DNA of 22,731 nt from an uncultured Chlamydiae bacterium (lineage in GTDB: Bacteria; Chlamydiota; Chlamydiia; Chlamydiales; Parachlamydiaceae). Under the pieces are notes generated by a model. It was not told where the DNA came from. It did not search any database and saw only the letters and a program-made list of their open reading frames with translations. How positions within the stretch are numbered: the stretch's first letter is position 1; every line of letters starts with the position of its first letter. The stretch spans positions 1-22,731 of the forward strand of contig CAWHMU010000037.1 in the NCBI GenBank assembly GCA_963830365.1, read 5' to 3'. The position numbers and the translations under genes are program-made. This document shows, piece after piece, positions 18,370 through 22,731 of the stretch.

Positions 18370-18397
18370 AAGGTAACATGTTACCGCTAAAAGTCAA
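18370..18397 (-). promoter_or_regulatory. Putative infA promoter overlapped by a 14-bp palindrome
   Basis: TTGACT, 16-nt spacer, TACCTT with a preceding TG. Perfect palindrome GGTAACATGTTACC at 18372-18385. Confidence 0.35.
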
Positions 18398-18509
18398 GAT
18401 AAAAAGCTACCGACCGCTAAAAAACCGGCAGCGACTGGGCTTGATATAATCAAAATATGCCGCTGAAGATATATTGAAAGCAAATTATGCCAAAACTGTT
18501 GCGACTCAT

Positions 18510-19298
18510 TTATTTTTTTGGAAACCACGGAATAAAAATGCTGGTCGTGCGCTGATAATCGCGGTATAGCTCCCCCTTACTACGCAGCCCTTGCGCTTCG
18601 GTCAGCGGAATGCCCGAAACTTTGCACAGCAGGATCAACATTAAGACCGGCGCGGTCAGTGCCAGCCACCCCCAGGCTGCAGGCAGCGCAAACAGCGCAA
18701 AACCAACCCACACGATAGCTTCAAAGAAATAATTCGGATGGCGACTATAGTGCCACAAGCCCCGCCGGCAGACGTTTCCCTGATTTGCCACATCTTTGCG
18801 GAAATCGGCCAGCTGCCTGTCGGCCAGCGTTTCTCCGCCCACGCCAATCAGCCAGATGACAATCGCCCAGACTTCAAGCTGGGACCACTCGGCCTCAGAC
18901 CCCAAGCTCACCAAGAAAAATGGCAGTGATAGGATCACGACCAGCACCCCCTGAAAGATAAACAGCATCAGGTAAAAGAGCCTGGCCGAATCGGGATCCC
19001 ACTTGTCGAGGATATCCTGATAACGCGGATCTTCCTGTTTACTGCCACGATAACGCTGCCAAAGATGATATGACAAGCGCCCCGCCCAAATGGTTGCCAT
19101 CGAAGTCATCACCAGCATCTTTAGGAAATCGCCGCTACCTAAAACAAAATATATCCAAGCCGCCAAGATGAACCCGAGCCCCCAGCCGACATCCACCACG
19201 CTGGCACGATTTTGGAAGAGATAAACAATCCAGCAAGCCAGCATCAGCAGCATGACAAGCGAAAAGCTCGCGCCCAATAAAGTGAAAACCTGCATCAT
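18510..19298 (-). CDS. DUF1295 / steroid 5-alpha-reductase-like membrane protein
   Basis: VVDVGWG, WAGRL, EDPRY, ETLADRQL, GLWHYSRHPNYFFE, SGIPLTE and YQRTTSIFIPW; several transmembrane segments. Confidence 0.88.
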   Translation of the reverse strand: MMQVFTLLGASFSLVMLLMLACWIVYLFQNRASVVDVGWGLGFILAAWIYFVLGSGDFLKMLVMTSMATIWAGRLSYHLWQRYRGSKQEDPRYQDILDKWDPDSARLFYLMLFIFQGVLVVILSLPFFLVSLGSEAEWSQLEVWAIVIWLIGVGGETLADRQLADFRKDVANQGNVCRRGLWHYSRHPNYFFEAIVWVGFALFALPAAWGWLALTAPVLMLILLCKVSGIPLTEAQGLRSKGELYRDYQRTTSIFIPWFPKK

Positions 19299-19551
19299 CG
19301 CGGCATCCTCGTATCTTTGATGTTCTCATAATTCATGGCGGGTATGACCCCAAGCCTCTCAGCCGAAACCTCGCCCATATGTTTTTGAGAACATGCGTTT
19401 CCTGCAATCTACATATATAATTTTCTTTTTTCACCATTGCGCAAACGGAATTTGCATTCCACAGAAAAAAACCATTCCGTTATAATAGCTAGATAGAGCC
19501 ATGTCACTTAATCTACTTAAGGATAAAAAATGCTCTTCACTTTAGGACTTT

Positions 19552-19992
19552 ATGCTTGAATCATGTGAAAAAAAACAAATGCAGGTCAAAGCTCTCTTCG
19601 ATGCATGCACCAGCGAAGAACTTAAATACCATAAGATCATCGAACTCGGCAAGCAGCAGCCCCACCTGCCAGACAGCGAAAAGACCCCAGAAAACATCGT
19701 CAAAGGCTGCCAGAGCACGATGTACCTTACCGCAAGCTTTAAAGACGGCTGCGTCTTTTTCGCCGCCGACTCTGACGCCCTCATCTCGGCAGGCCTAGCC
19801 GCCATCCTGATCAAAGTCTATAGTGGTGAAACGCCAGAAGCTATCTTAAAATGCCCTCCAAAATACCTGGAAGAACTCGGCATCGGTGCCAGCCTGACAC
19901 CCAGCCGCGCCAACGGCCTCTACAGCATCCACCTGCGCATGAAGCAGGACGCCCTAAAATTCTACATGCAAAGCCGGCCGTCCAAGGAATAA
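19552..19992 (+). CDS. sufE: SufE family Fe-S cluster assembly sulfur acceptor
   Basis: ENIVKGCQSTMYL (acceptor Cys), ADSDALISAGL and LTPSRANGL. Confidence 0.93.
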   Translation: MLESCEKKQMQVKALFDACTSEELKYHKIIELGKQQPHLPDSEKTPENIVKGCQSTMYLTASFKDGCVFFAADSDALISAGLAAILIKVYSGETPEAILKCPPKYLEELGIGASLTPSRANGLYSIHLRMKQDALKFYMQSRPSKE

Positions 19993-20020
19993 AGCTTTAC
20001 TTTCCCCTTTGCTGTTTCGC

Positions 20021-20147
20021 CTTTGCGCCCCTCTGCGTCTCTGCGTTAAATCGCATTCACAGACTATTCAAAATGAATAATTATACAAAACTATACTGTC
20101 TCCTAAAATTTTAACGCAGAGGCGCAGAGGCGCAGCGGAACGCAAAG
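20021..20147. repeat. Inverted repeat built from (G)CGCAGAG octamers between convergent genes
   Basis: CCTCTGCGTCTCTGCGTTAAA (20030-20050) and TTTAACGCAGAGGCGCAGAGG (20110-20130) match 20/21. Outer CTTTGCG/CGCAAAG pair; AT-rich 59-nt spacer. Confidence 0.8.
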
Positions 20148-20174
20148 TCGCCACAACAGAGGCACTGAAGGAAA

Positions 20175-20525
20175 CTACCCAAAGACATATTCACTGACGG
20201 GGTTTCCGCCGATGAGGTGCTGCTGGATGATTTTCTCCAGTACCGCCGGACTGCAGGATTGATACCAGATTCCTTCGGGATAGACCACGGCAATGGGCCC
20301 ATGGCAGCAGACGCGCAGGCAGCTGGCTTTGGTGCGGTAAATGCCCGCTTGGCCGTCGAGCTGCAGCTCTTTTAGACGTCTTTTAAGGAATTCCCAGGCT
20401 TCAGTCCCCTCTTCCTGGCTGCAGCATTTCGGATTGGTTTCGGGACAGCATAGAAAGATATGGCGTTTGATCTTGCCGATGCCAAGCTCAGGCGCTTTCT
20501 TGCCCAATTCGGGTATATGCGGCAT
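20175..20525 (-). CDS. Thioredoxin-like [2Fe-2S] ferredoxin (about 116 aa)
   Basis: HIFLCC...[26 protein letters not shown] and [19 protein letters not shown] favours the ATG at 20525. Confidence 0.9.
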   Translation of the reverse strand: MPHIPELGKKAPELGIGKIKRHIFLCCPETNPKCCSQEEGTEAWEFLKRRLKELQLDGQAGIYRTKASCLRVCCHGPIAVVYPEGIWYQSCSPAVLEKIIQQHLIGGNPVSEYVFG

Positions 20526-20762
20526 GGTAATCCTTATATTGAGAGAACATTCAGTGTAAATTTTTAGGGAAGATTGCCATTTTTCCTTGTTAAATTCCAC
20601 AAAAGTTCTCTTCCCGAACCGACAAAGCCAAGGAAGTGGACAATATGGACGAAGCGGACGTTTATGGACGACAAGGCGCAGGCTTAAGGCAGCTGTCTGC
20701 CGCGTCAGCTGGTACTGTCCGCCGCGTCCGCTTTGTCCATTTGAGTACGACCACCCATGTGC

Positions 20763-22166
20763 CTACTCTGCAGGGCGCCATCTGGCCGTGTCGCCCACAA
20801 TCGGCACACTGGCGTAATAGTTGAATTCGCCGGCTTTCATCTCATCGGCATAGTTGTATACACGGCTTAATTCCGCTGGAAAATAATTTCTGAAATCCGG
20901 AAATTCTTTCTCAAAATGCTCCTGCGAGGCTTTCTCCAATTCTCTTACCGGAATGCCATAATGCACTTCCATGGCCTGGGCCAATTTATCCAAATTCATG
21001 CGGCCGATGGACTTGTCAAAGATGATGCTTTGTTTGCTGCCGGCTATCTCATCCACATCCCTCCGGCTGAGGCATTCCTTCTGATAAAACCCGTCCAGCC
21101 CTAATTGCTTTTCTTGCCTAATGTCCACATCCACCGCATCGTCCAGATCCCTATGCACGATACGCTTAGGCAGCCCTGCAGCATCCAATTCGATCAGCGT
21201 GTTCTGCCCATGCAACTCCAGTAAAATTCCCTTTTCCCGGTAGGCCACTACAAAAAAATCTATCAATGGCAGGATGATCTCATCCAACACAAACTGCCTG
21301 GCAAATTGAGTTTTGTCGGCGGCTGAATTCCCCTCCCCGCTTTTCTTCCCGAAGGCTCTATGATAGGCTCTATCGATCATCTGCATGATCAGCAGCGGCG
21401 CCTTTGCATCCAGGGTATCTGTCCCATACAGCGAAAACATGGGAATCATCGTCCGGTTGGCACCATCCGCCACCAAAGGGAAAGGTGCTGATTCGCGCAC
21501 AAGATAGCCCCATCCTTTATCGCCATTAAAGGTCACCCCAATGGACTCTGGCAAAATGGCGAATTTAGGATAGCGGCCAGAGCCCAGCAAGTCCTTTAAC
21601 TCCCTTGTGACCGCCACGCAATGCTGAATCGTCCCTTTCTCCAAACGGCGATCAAAGCGCGAGATGAAATACGGGCAATGCATTTTAAACATGGCTTTAG
21701 AGCCCACATCCAGCACCGTCCGGCAGGATGAGGTGGGAATAACTTTGAAGTTTTTACTAAAGATAGCCTTGTTTTTCAGCGCGTTTAGATAACGATCGTC
21801 ATCCCCTTGTTCATAAAACTGCGGGAAGACGCTCATCCACACTTCATTCCCTTTTTGAACTAGCGCTAACAGTTCTATCGGTGGGTTGCTCTGATAAATG
21901 GTGATGTCGCCAGGGCTATTATCAACTAAAATCCTGGGGACGGCATACCCATTTCCATGTGGATTTCCCGGCTGATACTGTGCATCAATTTCCGTTCTTT
22001 GTGCAATGGCGCTGTAATTGCGCGTGCCCCCATTTCCATATCTTTCATAATAGGCTAGCTGCCGGTCGGCTGGATTAGACAGTTCTTTGCTGTTTTTATC
22101 TGTATGCTTATACAGTGTCATCTCGGCACCAGCCAGGATGACCGCCAATAAACAACTAGTACCCAT
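20763..22166 (-). CDS. IucA/IucC family (NRPS-independent siderophore synthetase-like) protein, 467 aa
   Basis: PTSSCRTV, FAILPE, YLVRES, GILLELHGQNTLIEL and IVHRDLD appear in the order seen in NIS synthetases. GGGGG SD upstream. Confidence 0.72.
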   Translation of the reverse strand: MGTSCLLAVILAGAEMTLYKHTDKNSKELSNPADRQLAYYERYGNGGTRNYSAIAQRTEIDAQYQPGNPHGNGYAVPRILVDNSPGDITIYQSNPPIELLALVQKGNEVWMSVFPQFYEQGDDDRYLNALKNKAIFSKNFKVIPTSSCRTVLDVGSKAMFKMHCPYFISRFDRRLEKGTIQHCVAVTRELKDLLGSGRYPKFAILPESIGVTFNGDKGWGYLVRESAPFPLVADGANRTMIPMFSLYGTDTLDAKAPLLIMQMIDRAYHRAFGKKSGEGNSAADKTQFARQFVLDEIILPLIDFFVVAYREKGILLELHGQNTLIELDAAGLPKRIVHRDLDDAVDVDIRQEKQLGLDGFYQKECLSRRDVDEIAGSKQSIIFDKSIGRMNLDKLAQAMEVHYGIPVRELEKASQEHFEKEFPDFRNYFPAELSRVYNYADEMKAGEFNYYASVPIVGDTARWRPAE

Positions 22167-22452
22167 AAATCCCCCAATTCAATTTGTTTTTAAAATTAAT
22201 CACTCTTAAAACTAATTAAAAAGCTTTTATAGAATGCTTAAAAAAGCACATTGATGATAAATTCCAGCGCCATGTCTATACATCTATATCTTTAACATGA
22301 CCAACTCTTTATCTACACAATAAAACAAATTATTATACATAATATTCATCATATAAATGAGGGAATTGAAAAAATTGTGTTCATCAGGTTTTTTAGGACT
22401 CACCTAGAGAAGGTGCATAGAAATGGGGGAATTTCAGGTAATACACCGGAGG

Positions 22453-22523
22453 AATAATAACAGGATATTAGGATGGACAGGATGGCTGATTTATCCTGAC
22501 CATCCTAATATCCTGTTATTATT
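22453..22523. repeat. Near-perfect 71-bp palindrome built from AGGAT-core 9-mers
   Basis: Arms 22453-22483 and 22493-22523 match 30/31, with a 9-nt loop. Confidence 0.88.
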
Positions 22524-22731
22524 GTTCTTAAATTTTGACCGAACAGGTAAACACCACCGCTCTTTTAACCATCTAAGCCTAAAATACCGGATGAACAAAA
22601 AATTGCGCCTGATGAGTTTCCGGCATTTTTTATCCAAATTAGGCACTCCTTGCAAAACTACATACTCCTAAGCGCAGGTGATTTACGGCAAGCGCCAAAT
22701 TTCGATAAAAGTGCCAAAAATCATCGGTGGT

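Noticed and set aside
18320..18397. N-terminal extension of IF-1 in the ORF track
   Set aside because: IF-1 homology starts at MTKED (18319); the extension covers the likely promoter.
18510..19298. Link between the DUF1295 protein (distantly related to isoprenylcysteine methyltransferases) and the CaaX protein
   Set aside because: The genes are about 15 kb apart, DUF1295 is widespread in bacteria, and CaaX processing would be done by host enzymes.
20526..20600. Extended ferredoxin start at 20600
   Set aside because: The ATG at 20525 has an AAGGA SD and gives a typical length.
22167..22420. Possible Fur-like box upstream of the NIS-like gene
   Set aside because: Only generic AT-rich sequence; no convincing 19-bp palindrome.
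22581..22629. AAAATACCGGA / TCCGGCATTTT inverted pair
   Set aside because: Short (10/11) and close to the window edge; cannot be distinguished from chance.
22423..22671. 82-aa ORF
   Set aside because: Reads through the palindrome with low-complexity sequence; probably spurious.

Overview
Chromosomal window from a member of the Chlamydiae, probably an environmental lineage (inferred from the RpoB/NusG N-termini and gene order). The centre (4761-18319, minus strand) is the conserved cluster infA, tRNA-Thr(GGT), tuf, tRNA-Trp(CCA), secE, nusG, rplK, rplA, rplJ, rplL, rpoB, rpoC. The visibly more AT-rich left flank holds a BON-domain MscS channel gene cleanly split by a complete 1327-bp ISL3 element (8-bp target duplication CCATTTCA), an orphan 160-aa protein with eukaryote-type PPxY and C-terminal CCaaX motifs (candidate host-prenylated effector), and a dense patch of unrelated palindromic elements, including a GTAG-tagged REP/REPIN-like doublet with compensatory base changes. 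The right flank holds a DUF1295 membrane protein, sufE, a thioredoxin-like [2Fe-2S] ferredoxin, a stand-alone IucA/IucC (NIS synthetase)-like gene and two more palindromic repeats. No CRISPR array, prophage or rRNA was seen. All calls were made by eye, without database searches.
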